This document shows, in pieces, positions 6,534-13,613 of a DNA stretch of 20,000 nt. Every line of letters begins with the position of its first letter. The first letter of the stretch is position 1. The DNA is from an uncultured virus (IMG/VR IMGVR_UViG_3300025168_000003). Lineage: Duplodnaviria > Heunggongvirae > Uroviricota > Caudoviricetes > Crassvirales. Where the stretch lies: the IMG/VR virus record IMGVR_UViG_3300025168_000003; one strand, written 5' to 3'. The notes beneath the pieces were generated by a model. The model was not told the DNA's origin, ran no database searches, and was given only the letters and a program-made list of their open reading frames with translations. Made by a program: the position numbers and the translations under genes.

Positions 6534-6766
6534 GTAAAGTAAAAACCGTCTACGACAATTTATTGCCCGACGTTAAATCAGCCTTGCAAGCTAGTGCTAG
6601 AAAGTACAGTAGTGCAAAAAGACTAAAGTACACATTAATGTCAAAAACTATGTGGTATGAACTAACCATCGACGATGTTAGAGATTTAATTAGTTACAGC
6701 GAGTTAAATAGCTGGGACCTAGAATCTTACTCTTTTATGTACGGTGATAAATTTATGAAAAAATGA
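6530..6766 (+). CDS. Hypothetical protein
   Basis: 78 aa, ATGA overlaps at both ends. Confidence 0.7.
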   Translation: MSKVKTVYDNLLPDVKSALQASARKYSSAKRLKYTLMSKTMWYELTIDDVRDLISYSELNSWDLESYSFMYGDKFMKK

Positions 6767-7206
6767 AAAAGAAACTATTAACAGAAGAATTAATTGACAA
6801 AAGACTAGAAGAACATGGTGTTAATTTTGATATTGACCATGATGAAGCTTTAAAAGTAATACAAACTCATTACGATTTTGAGCTAACAGACAACTGGAAT
6901 GGCACGCCTGACTATAGTATATACACTGAAACTACAGCTGACGGCTATGAAGTGTGGGTTGCAACATCAGGTGATGGTAGAAATGTATGTATAAATGAAG
7001 ATGTACATTACTATGAAAACGACTTAAGTGACAAACTGGTTGAGGCTATGACTGACTACAACGAGTTAATATATGTAGATGACCTTGAAGCTTATTATGT
7101 AGAAGATGCGGTTAGAGAAGTATATGACTCTTATGTAAATGATATGAAAGAAGAAGTAGAAAACGAATTAATAGAAGAAGGTTATGAGTACGAAAAAAGT
7201 GAATGA
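6763..7206 (+). CDS. Highly acidic hypothetical protein (DNA-mimic candidate)
   Basis: 147 aa with about 42 D/E versus about 11 K/R by hand count. Confidence 0.7.
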   Translation: MKKKLLTEELIDKRLEEHGVNFDIDHDEALKVIQTHYDFELTDNWNGTPDYSIYTETTADGYEVWVATSGDGRNVCINEDVHYYENDLSDKLVEAMTDYNELIYVDDLEAYYVEDAVREVYDSYVNDMKEEVENELIEEGYEYEKSE

Positions 7207-7435
7207 TTTAGGTGAAAAGCCATTACCAAAATGGTATGATGGAGCCAAGTATACGTCTTGGGAAACAGTAGAAAACAGATTTACAGGTGAAGAAATTCTT
7301 TTATCACCTAATGAAGTCGCAATGTATGACTTAATTATGGGTAGTCAAATCACTGGTCATCACGATCTAACAAGGAAAGGCTTAAAATGGTTTAGATCCG
7401 CTAACCCTAGAGCTTATATGGTCTTGCTAGACTAA
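7184..7435 (+). CDS. Hypothetical protein
   Basis: 83-aa ORF ending just before the tRNA. Confidence 0.7.
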   Translation: MSTKKVNDLGEKPLPKWYDGAKYTSWETVENRFTGEEILLSPNEVAMYDLIMGSQITGHHDLTRKGLKWFRSANPRAYMVLLD

Positions 7436-7440
7436 AAAAT

Positions 7441-7514
7441 TGCGCGGTGGAGAAGTTGGTTATCTCGCGAGTCTCATAAACTCGAGGTCGAAGGTTCGAG
7501 TCCTTCCTGCGCAC
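7441..7514 (+). tRNA. tRNA-Met(CAT), initiator-like but atypical; CCA not encoded
   Basis: Cloverleaf: acceptor TGCGCGG/CTGCGCA, D stem GAGA/TCTC, anticodon arm CGAGT-CTCATAA-ACTCG, T arm GAAGG-TTCGAGT-CCTTC. Confidence 0.9.
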
Positions 7515-7516
7515 CT

Positions 7517-7714
7517 ATGAAATTTATAAAATATACAATAGTATGGATAAGTCAAAATCTAGCTATCCCTTTTTGGGTGGTTGGTCATATACACTTGTCC
7601 ATACACTCGTTTCATGATCTATATGAGCTTCTTGCAAGTATAGGTATGAATTTAATAGTATTAACCGGCTTTATTATAGACTATAAAGCACAAAATCAAA
7701 ACAATGGCAACTAG
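7517..7714 (+). CDS. Small membrane protein
   Basis: 65 aa with two hydrophobic segments. Confidence 0.65.
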   Translation: MKFIKYTIVWISQNLAIPFWVVGHIHLSIHSFHDLYELLASIGMNLIVLTGFIIDYKAQNQNNGN

Positions 7715-8183
7715 AAATTTAACAATGGTCGTTCCAAGATCGGCCGCGGAAAATAATGAGCTTGGCTTTGCTTGTAATCCCGATGTAGTCGGTGACAAAA
7801 GCCACGTAAATATGTATTTACATCATGATGGTTATCCTGAATATAGAGCTGTAGAGCTTGCTAATTGGGTTAAGCACATGCAAAATGATGAAGGTTTTAC
7901 TAAATTTGGTGATGGATCAAGAATAGCATCACACTTAGTAAAAGATTTTCATTACAATTCACAGTATTTATATCCTTCTCACGAAAGTATAGATCATCAT
8001 TACACTTATATTATATGGACAGGTAAGCCTGACGTGTGGATAACATGCTGGAATCAATACAACACTTCTTGTGTATTTGTAAGTAAAGTAAGTGATATTT
8101 TGCAAAGTGGTTGGTTTCAACCAGAAAGATTTGATTACACAGACTGGAAACTTTACAAACAAAATATTAACAAGCTTGGATAA
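7704..8183 (+). CDS. Conserved phage hypothetical protein (MxTR...YxHxDGYP type)
   Basis: N-terminal MATR and a YLHHDGYP motif familiar from phage early proteins of unknown function. Confidence 0.75.
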   Translation: MATRNLTMVVPRSAAENNELGFACNPDVVGDKSHVNMYLHHDGYPEYRAVELANWVKHMQNDEGFTKFGDGSRIASHLVKDFHYNSQYLYPSHESIDHHYTYIIWTGKPDVWITCWNQYNTSCVFVSKVSDILQSGWFQPERFDYTDWKLYKQNINKLG

Positions 8184-8184
8184 T
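8153..8184 (+). promoter_or_regulatory. Class-1 promoter-like motif, copy 7
   Basis: TTACAAACA-N16-GGATAAT embedded in the 3' end of the upstream CDS. Confidence 0.75.
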
Positions 8185-8190
8185 AATAAT

Positions 8191-8424
8191 ATGACAAACA
8201 ACGAAATAGAAAAAATTGCACTAAGAGTATCAGAATTAGTACTTGAAGGTATACTTAAAGGAAGTATAGTAACTACAGAAGAAGATGAGCAAGGCTTATT
8301 AACTCAATTAGCCCAAGCTATGACTCAACTAGATTATAACTTACAAGAAGAAAATTATGATAAATGTGCAGAATTAAAAGAAATAATACTACAAATAGAA
8401 AACAAACTAAATAAATTTAAATAA
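8191..8424 (+). CDS. Small protein with a C-terminal UVR (UvrB/UvrC) coiled-coil motif
   Basis: ORF track 8092..8424; likely start 8191 after the promoter; LDYNLQEENYDKCAELKEII fits the UVR pattern. Confidence 0.6.
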   Translation: MTNNEIEKIALRVSELVLEGILKGSIVTTEEDEQGLLTQLAQAMTQLDYNLQEENYDKCAELKEIILQIENKLNKFK

Positions 8425-8425
8425 T

Positions 8426-9271
8426 ATGATAAAACCAATGCTCGCATACAAAGTAGACAAAAAACCTGTCGACTGGTCCGAGAAAGTTTTTATGCAGCCT
8501 AAGCTAGACGGTGTCAGGTGTGTAATTAAACTAGGTGATAACAATGAAGTACAAGCTTTTTCTCGTACAGGTAAACCGTGGCTTAACATAGCTCACATTA
8601 CTAATTCTTTGCACTACTTTTTTACACAAAACCCTGATATTATACTTGACGGTGAGCTGTATAATCACGATCTAAGAGACGATTTTAACAAAATCATATC
8701 CTTAGTCAGAAAAACTAAACCAAAGCCATCTGACAGAGATGAGGCATCTAAATTAGTACAATTTCATTGTTACGACTACATAGAAACTGTATTAAATATG
8801 CCTTATAGCTACAGAAAAGACCAATTAGCTACATCTAGCATGTATTCTTATTGCGTTAAAAAAGTATACACTACAGTTATAACACAAGATCAAGCTAACA
8901 TACAACATCAAGCTAACCTAGACGAAGGTTACGAAGGTTCTATACTAAGACTAGACAAGCCTTATGAGTGTAAACGTTCTTACAACTTGCAAAAGTTTAA
9001 AGATTTTCATGACAAGGAAGCGTTTATCGTAGGTTATCAAACAGGTAAAGGTAAAAGGACGGGTACGCTTGGCAAATTCATAATGCTAGATGACGAAGGT
9101 GTAGAGTTCGGTTGTCCACCGGGTAAAGGCTACAATTACAAGGATTTAGCTAATATACTAGAAAATATAGGCGACTATATAGGCAAGCGCGCTACCTTTA
9201 CTTACTTCGAACGTACACCAGCGGGTAGCTACAGACACCCGCTATTCAAATGTATTAGAAATTATGAGTAA
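8426..9271 (+). CDS. lig: ATP-dependent DNA ligase
   Basis: Motif I QPKLDGVR, motif III LDGELY, motif IV EGSILR, motif V LQKFK, C-terminal OB-fold-like region. Confidence 0.92.
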   Translation: MIKPMLAYKVDKKPVDWSEKVFMQPKLDGVRCVIKLGDNNEVQAFSRTGKPWLNIAHITNSLHYFFTQNPDIILDGELYNHDLRDDFNKIISLVRKTKPKPSDRDEASKLVQFHCYDYIETVLNMPYSYRKDQLATSSMYSYCVKKVYTTVITQDQANIQHQANLDEGYEGSILRLDKPYECKRSYNLQKFKDFHDKEAFIVGYQTGKGKRTGTLGKFIMLDDEGVEFGCPPGKGYNYKDLANILENIGDYIGKRATFTYFERTPAGSYRHPLFKCIRNYE

Positions 9272-9374
9272 AACAATATGGAAATTATATAATGATAATA
9301 TGATTAGCGAAGAAGTTGCTCATATATTATTAGACGCGCACTATAATAGGTTACAAAACAAAAGATATAAATGA
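9264..9374 (+). CDS. Small hypothetical protein (36 aa)
   Basis: MSKTIWKLYNDNMISEEVAHILLDAHY...; overlaps both neighbours. Confidence 0.5.
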   Translation: MSKTIWKLYNDNMISEEVAHILLDAHYNRLQNKRYK

Positions 9375-9862
9375 ATATATTTTATTTACATAAGGACCCT
9401 TATAAAGCAGCCTCTTATATGTATGATAAACATAAAGTTAAAATGATCTTAGAGTCAGCCCAAATGCTTTGTACGGCACACAGATATTATGGCAATGAAG
9501 ATGTTCCATACAAAACTGCTCACCTTAATCACCCATCAAGTATATGGTGTAGATTAAATAAAAATAGTTACAGATGGCTATACAATCACATGCTGGCTTT
9601 AGGTGAAGAATACACGGCTAGATACGGTAGAAAACATTTAACTATTACAAAATGTAAAGAGCCATTAGGTCATTATCCTCCCGGTATACCAGAGGGTAAA
9701 TTTATACAACCTCCTCAGTGTATGCCTGATGAGTATAAAGTTGAAGGTGACAGTTTGTCAGCATATTGGAATTATTACGAACAAGACAAAATTAAAATTA
9801 AAAATAAAAATGAGCAAAAAATTAGTAGACCACTTAATCAAAACCAATTACAATGGAATTAA
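9371..9862 (+). CDS. Pyrimidine-dimer DNA glycosylase / endonuclease V-like protein
   Basis: MNIFYL...DKHKVKMILESAQMLCTAH...HLNHPSSIW...PPQCMPDEYK family signature. Confidence 0.75.
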   Translation: MNIFYLHKDPYKAASYMYDKHKVKMILESAQMLCTAHRYYGNEDVPYKTAHLNHPSSIWCRLNKNSYRWLYNHMLALGEEYTARYGRKHLTITKCKEPLGHYPPGIPEGKFIQPPQCMPDEYKVEGDSLSAYWNYYEQDKIKIKNKNEQKISRPLNQNQLQWN

Positions 9863-10047
9863 CGATAAGATTAAATCTTTCAGAAAGCCGAAGAAAAAAG
9901 GCGCACAAAAAACAGCTAGAACTCGCAATAGCAGGAACGCATAGTGATATAGTATTGCATACGTTAAATGGTGATTATCATTTAGCACAATTAAAAGCAA
10001 AGCTTTTTTTAAAATACAATCGAAGATTGAAATACCTAGGGTTGTGA
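9853..10047 (+). CDS. Basic hypothetical protein
   Basis: 64-aa ORF bridging the glycosylase and HTH genes. Confidence 0.5.
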   Translation: MELTIRLNLSESRRKKAHKKQLELAIAGTHSDIVLHTLNGDYHLAQLKAKLFLKYNRRLKYLGL

Positions 10048-10091
10048 CAACAGCCCTTATAAGTTAAATAAGTAATAAGCAAATGTCACAA
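10042..10091. promoter_or_regulatory. Inverted repeat, operator-like site TTGTGACA-N34-TGTCACAA covering the HTH gene start
   Basis: Perfect 8-bp arms. The left arm TGACAACAGCC resembles the TGACA(A/T)TAGCC arms at 2254-2296, and the TGACA-to-TGTCA span is 44 versus 43 bp. Confidence 0.6.
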
Positions 10092-10697
10092 GAAAGAAAT
10101 ATAAAATGGTTAAATAGTAGACGTGTTATTTATAGGCAACTTCCTATAAATGATATACCTACCATTGAAACCAACAAGTACATGTTCTTTGAAAATGGCA
10201 CATACGAGCACTATAGTTTATTTAATACTAAAGCTAAAATTACAACATACAAATCTTTAAAATGGCATTTTTTAGTGTTATATTATTTAAATCAAGAAAA
10301 TGGTTTATTACCTACACATGTATATGAATTTATAGCTAACAAAGAAAACGGTTTTGTAACATTTTTTATTAGTAAAAAAGTATTAAATGATATGATAGAC
10401 GATGTGTTTAAGATAGGCGGTGAACCTCCTGTAAATAAAGTACGTAAAGTAATATTTAAAGACTATAGTATGTTAACTATAAATGAAAAGCTTAGTATAG
10501 TGGGTAAATTAATAGGCAGATCGTCACGAGTTGACGATGAAGCAATTTACCAATGCATGCTTGATCTTAATGATTTAGGTAAACATATTTGTATTGGTAG
10601 AATAGCCGGACTATTAAGCGTGTCTAAAAGAACAATATATCGTCATATAAATGACGAGTTAAAACAAGAAATAAAAATACTAAATGAAGAAATATAA
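10083..10697 (+). CDS. Protein with a C-terminal helix-turn-helix DNA-binding domain
   Basis: IGRIAGLLSVSKRTIYRHI HTH pattern near the C-terminus. Confidence 0.7.
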   Translation: MSQERNIKWLNSRRVIYRQLPINDIPTIETNKYMFFENGTYEHYSLFNTKAKITTYKSLKWHFLVLYYLNQENGLLPTHVYEFIANKENGFVTFFISKKVLNDMIDDVFKIGGEPPVNKVRKVIFKDYSMLTINEKLSIVGKLIGRSSRVDDEAIYQCMLDLNDLGKHICIGRIAGLLSVSKRTIYRHINDELKQEIKILNEEI

Positions 10698-11442
10698 CAT
10701 ACAAAACTATATAAGGTATAAAAAAGATCTAAAAGATTCAATGCCTAAAGATAAAATAGCTTATCAATCTTATTCAAGAGATGAACTTATAGTTAAATTT
10801 TTACCATTAGTAGAAAACTTAGCTAGAAAATTTTCAACAGCAGATCAAGCTTCTGGTGTTTTAAGTATACTAGATTTATTACAAATAGGTGGTGAAGCTT
10901 TAACTAGAGCAGTTACTAAACTAGACTGGAGTTTACTAGACGAATCAGAGGATATTGAAAAAACTTTAAAATCTTTTTTTAGTAAAAGAATTAAAGGCGC
11001 TATAAGAAGAAGAATAGATAGAAATAGAGGTAATATGAGAATACCAGAGCATAAGCTTAACGAAATGAGAAAAAATCCTAAAGATAAAAAAATGGTAGAA
11101 ATGTTTTTTAATTCTATATTTTTATCTATAGATGCTCAACCTTTGAACGAAGACGGTGAATCAATGATGCAACAATTACCAGATAATTCAGAACCTTACA
11201 ATATAGCTTTTTTAAATTTATATTTAAAAAGTTTATTACAAAAACACTTAAAAGATCAACAGTACGAAGTATTAAGATTATCATATGGATTAGACTGTGA
11301 TAAGCACTCAGCTTTAGAAATTGCATCTAAATTAAAGATCAATGGTGTTAGTGCATATGTAAGAGTTTCTGAAATAAAAAAAGAAGCAATACAAAAACTT
11401 ATCAATGAAGTCGACCACTCGCAAGTGCTTGATTATCTATAA
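10684..11442 (+). CDS. Phage-encoded sigma-70-family RNA polymerase sigma factor
   Basis: Region 2-like ELIVKFLPLVENLARKF...DLLQIGGEALTRAV, a MRIPEH motif, region 4-like EVLRLSYGL...EIASKL...RVSEIKKEAIQKL. Confidence 0.85.
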   Translation: MKKYNIQNYIRYKKDLKDSMPKDKIAYQSYSRDELIVKFLPLVENLARKFSTADQASGVLSILDLLQIGGEALTRAVTKLDWSLLDESEDIEKTLKSFFSKRIKGAIRRRIDRNRGNMRIPEHKLNEMRKNPKDKKMVEMFFNSIFLSIDAQPLNEDGESMMQQLPDNSEPYNIAFLNLYLKSLLQKHLKDQQYEVLRLSYGLDCDKHSALEIASKLKINGVSAYVRVSEIKKEAIQKLINEVDHSQVLDYL

Positions 11443-11451
11443 GTTACGCAT

Positions 11452-11481
11452 GTAAATCATTAAAATAACATGTGATTATAT
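11452..11481 (+). promoter_or_regulatory. Class-2 promoter-like motif GTAAATC-N12-TGTGATTATAT upstream of the recombination/replication operon
   Basis: Intergenic, directly after the sigma gene; matches the minus-strand motif at 2204-2233. Confidence 0.6.
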
Positions 11482-11504
11482 TAATAAGAAAAACCAATAT
11501 ACCA

Positions 11505-12053
11505 ATGACTATAAATGAAAAACTGGCAACGATCCAGACAAAGTTTAAATCTAAAAAATCAAGATTTAATTCATTCGGCAAGTACAACTTCAGATCAGCC
11601 GAAGACATACTAGAAGCAACAAAACCCTTTTTATTAGAATTAGGAGTATCAGTTACAATAAACGAAAAGCTTGATGAAGTAGTAGGTTTGCCTATTATGA
11701 CATCAACAGCTACTATAACAGACGGCAAGTCTTTAATAGAAGCTACAGCTATAGTTGGTGTAGACTTAAATCAAAAAGGTATGAATACACCTCAGCAATT
11801 TGGCTCAGCATCTTCGTATGCTAAGAAATATGCATTAGGTAATTTATTCTTAATTGATGATACTGCAGATAGTGACGCTACAAATGATCACGGCAAAAAG
11901 AAATTTACGCCACAAAAACCAACTTTAACCTCTAAAAAAGATCCAGCTTATGAAAAAGCGGTTCAATACGTAACAGCAGGTGGTAAAGTATCAGCTATAA
12001 AAGCTAAATATGCTCTATCTCAAGAAATAGAAGGAGCATTAACAACACTATAA
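11505..12053 (+). CDS. erf: ERF-family single-strand annealing protein
   Basis: FNSFGKYNFRSAEDILEA...QQFGSASSYAKKYALGNLFLIDDTADSD signature; ATG at 11505 preferred over the GTG at 11472, which lies in the promoter motif. Confidence 0.88.
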   Translation: MTINEKLATIQTKFKSKKSRFNSFGKYNFRSAEDILEATKPFLLELGVSVTINEKLDEVVGLPIMTSTATITDGKSLIEATAIVGVDLNQKGMNTPQQFGSASSYAKKYALGNLFLIDDTADSDATNDHGKKKFTPQKPTLTSKKDPAYEKAVQYVTAGGKVSAIKAKYALSQEIEGALTTL

Positions 12054-12054
12054 T

Positions 12055-12786
12055 ATGAATAAAGAAAAAGCAATTGAAAAGCTACGTGATGACGAGCATT
12101 ACTATGGACCTTTCGGTAAGAAATATTTAAGTAATTCTGATATCGGTACTTTGCTTACAAATCCTTTAAACCTTGGTAAGGCTTCTGAAGCTAGACCCGC
12201 GTTTTTAGTTGGTGGTTATTTCCACACAGCTATTCTAGAACCTGATAAACTTAAAAAGTTTAAGATTATAGAAGCTACAACTAGAAATACAAAGGTATAT
12301 AAAGAGATGTCAGGTGGTGAACTGTGTTTACTACAGCACGAGGTTGATAACATAGAGAAACTAACAGACAAAATGTTAGCCAATAAAATATGTAACGACT
12401 TAATTAGAAACTCAACAAATGAGTATGAAAAACCTGGCATTACAGAGCTTGAAGGTTGTTTATGGAAAGGTAAAGCTGATATTATAAATCATTCAGAAAA
12501 GCTAGTTGTTGATTTGAAGACAACAGCAGATCTTAATAAATTTAGGTATTCAGCTTCTAAGTACAATTATGACTCACAGGCATATATTTATAGTAAACTA
12601 TTTGGTTATGAAATGGTATTTATTGCTATTGACAAAAACACAGGCCAAATAGGTATTTTTGACTGCTCACCAGAATTTTATGAACGTGGTAAGGACAAGG
12701 TCGAAAGAGCAGTACAGGCTTATGAATTATTCTATAAGTCTGAAGGCTTTGATCCTACACAATATTTTATTAATAAAACCTTATAA
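12055..12786 (+). CDS. PD-(D/E)XK exonuclease (exonuclease VIII/RecE C-terminal-like)
   Basis: LSNSDI...GGYFHTAILEP...KGKADII...VVDLKTT...YDSQAYIY. Confidence 0.85.
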   Translation: MNKEKAIEKLRDDEHYYGPFGKKYLSNSDIGTLLTNPLNLGKASEARPAFLVGGYFHTAILEPDKLKKFKIIEATTRNTKVYKEMSGGELCLLQHEVDNIEKLTDKMLANKICNDLIRNSTNEYEKPGITELEGCLWKGKADIINHSEKLVVDLKTTADLNKFRYSASKYNYDSQAYIYSKLFGYEMVFIAIDKNTGQIGIFDCSPEFYERGKDKVERAVQAYELFYKSEGFDPTQYFINKTL

Positions 12787-12787
12787 T

Positions 12788-12967
12788 ATGGCAAGAACCA
12801 GAAAAAACCAAACAAAAGTATGCAGTGTAACGGGATTAGAAACTGATGTAAATAATTTTTACAAAAACCAAACGCACGTAAAAGCTGTAGACAATATAAG
12901 AAGAACTACTAACGCGACAAAAGATCAGTTAGCTAGGATGTTTAATCAAATAAATCAATACGCATAA
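12788..12967 (+). CDS. Small hypothetical protein (59 aa)
   Basis: ORF track 12659..12967; the likely start MARTRK at 12788 follows the upstream stop; TAATG overlap downstream. Confidence 0.6.
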   Translation: MARTRKNQTKVCSVTGLETDVNNFYKNQTHVKAVDNIRRTTNATKDQLARMFNQINQYA

Positions 12968-13278
12968 TGGCAAGTATAATTAAAACTAGTATTAACCTTA
13001 ATAATATACCTAAAGATAAAATTATCGAAGGTAAAAAAGGTAAATACCTACCGATAACAATAACCATCAATGATGAGTTAGATCAATTCGGAAATAACGG
13101 CCCTGTGGTTGTAGCACAATCAAAGGAAGAAAGAGAGTCTAAAACAGCTAAAGTATATTTAGGTAATGTACAGGTTGTTTGGACTAATGGAGATAACGTT
13201 GCTGTTGCTCCAAGAGAAGATCAACCTAAAACTCCGGCCTTTGTAGCTGAAACAGGCGATGATGATCTTCCGTTTTAA
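12967..13278 (+). CDS. ssb: Putative single-stranded DNA-binding protein
   Basis: 103 aa, beta-rich, acidic C-terminal tail ending DDDLPF, in a recombination operon. Confidence 0.75.
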   Translation: MASIIKTSINLNNIPKDKIIEGKKGKYLPITITINDELDQFGNNGPVVVAQSKEERESKTAKVYLGNVQVVWTNGDNVAVAPREDQPKTPAFVAETGDDDLPF

Positions 13279-13609
13279 TATAGTTTTATGTTTGTTTGTT
13301 AGCTTAGTAGGCTTTGGTCAAGAGATACAATGGATTTCTCTTGATCAAGCTGAAGAGCTTCAAAAACAAAATAAAAAATCTATAATTATTTTACAAGAAA
13401 ATTATGATAACATAGTTTATTTTAATAATTTATTAGAAGAAAATAGTAAATTAATAAATGAAAGTTATTTACCTGTTAAAATAAAAAAAGACACAGAAGA
13501 AGATTCAATTAAAATAATCAGCGGTAAATACTACATAGACGTAACTATAACTGGTTGGGTTGGATCTAAAGAGCTAAAAACTTTTTTAGAAAATCCAAAT
13601 AGAAAATAA
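13259..13609 (+). CDS. Secreted thioredoxin-fold-like protein lacking CxxC
   Basis: Signal-peptide-like N-terminus, then QEIQWISLDQAEELQKQNKKSIII, and a C-terminal ITGWVGSKELKTFL as in Bacteroidota thioredoxin-like proteins. Confidence 0.5.
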   Translation: MMIFRFNIVLCLFVSLVGFGQEIQWISLDQAEELQKQNKKSIIILQENYDNIVYFNNLLEENSKLINESYLPVKIKKDTEEDSIKIISGKYYIDVTITGWVGSKELKTFLENPNRK

Positions 13610-13613
13610 ATAA

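Noticed and set aside
2550..8184. Recurring motif as a CRISPR array
   Set aside because: Copies are 100-2100 bp apart, bipartite with a variable core and separated by genes; no cas genes.
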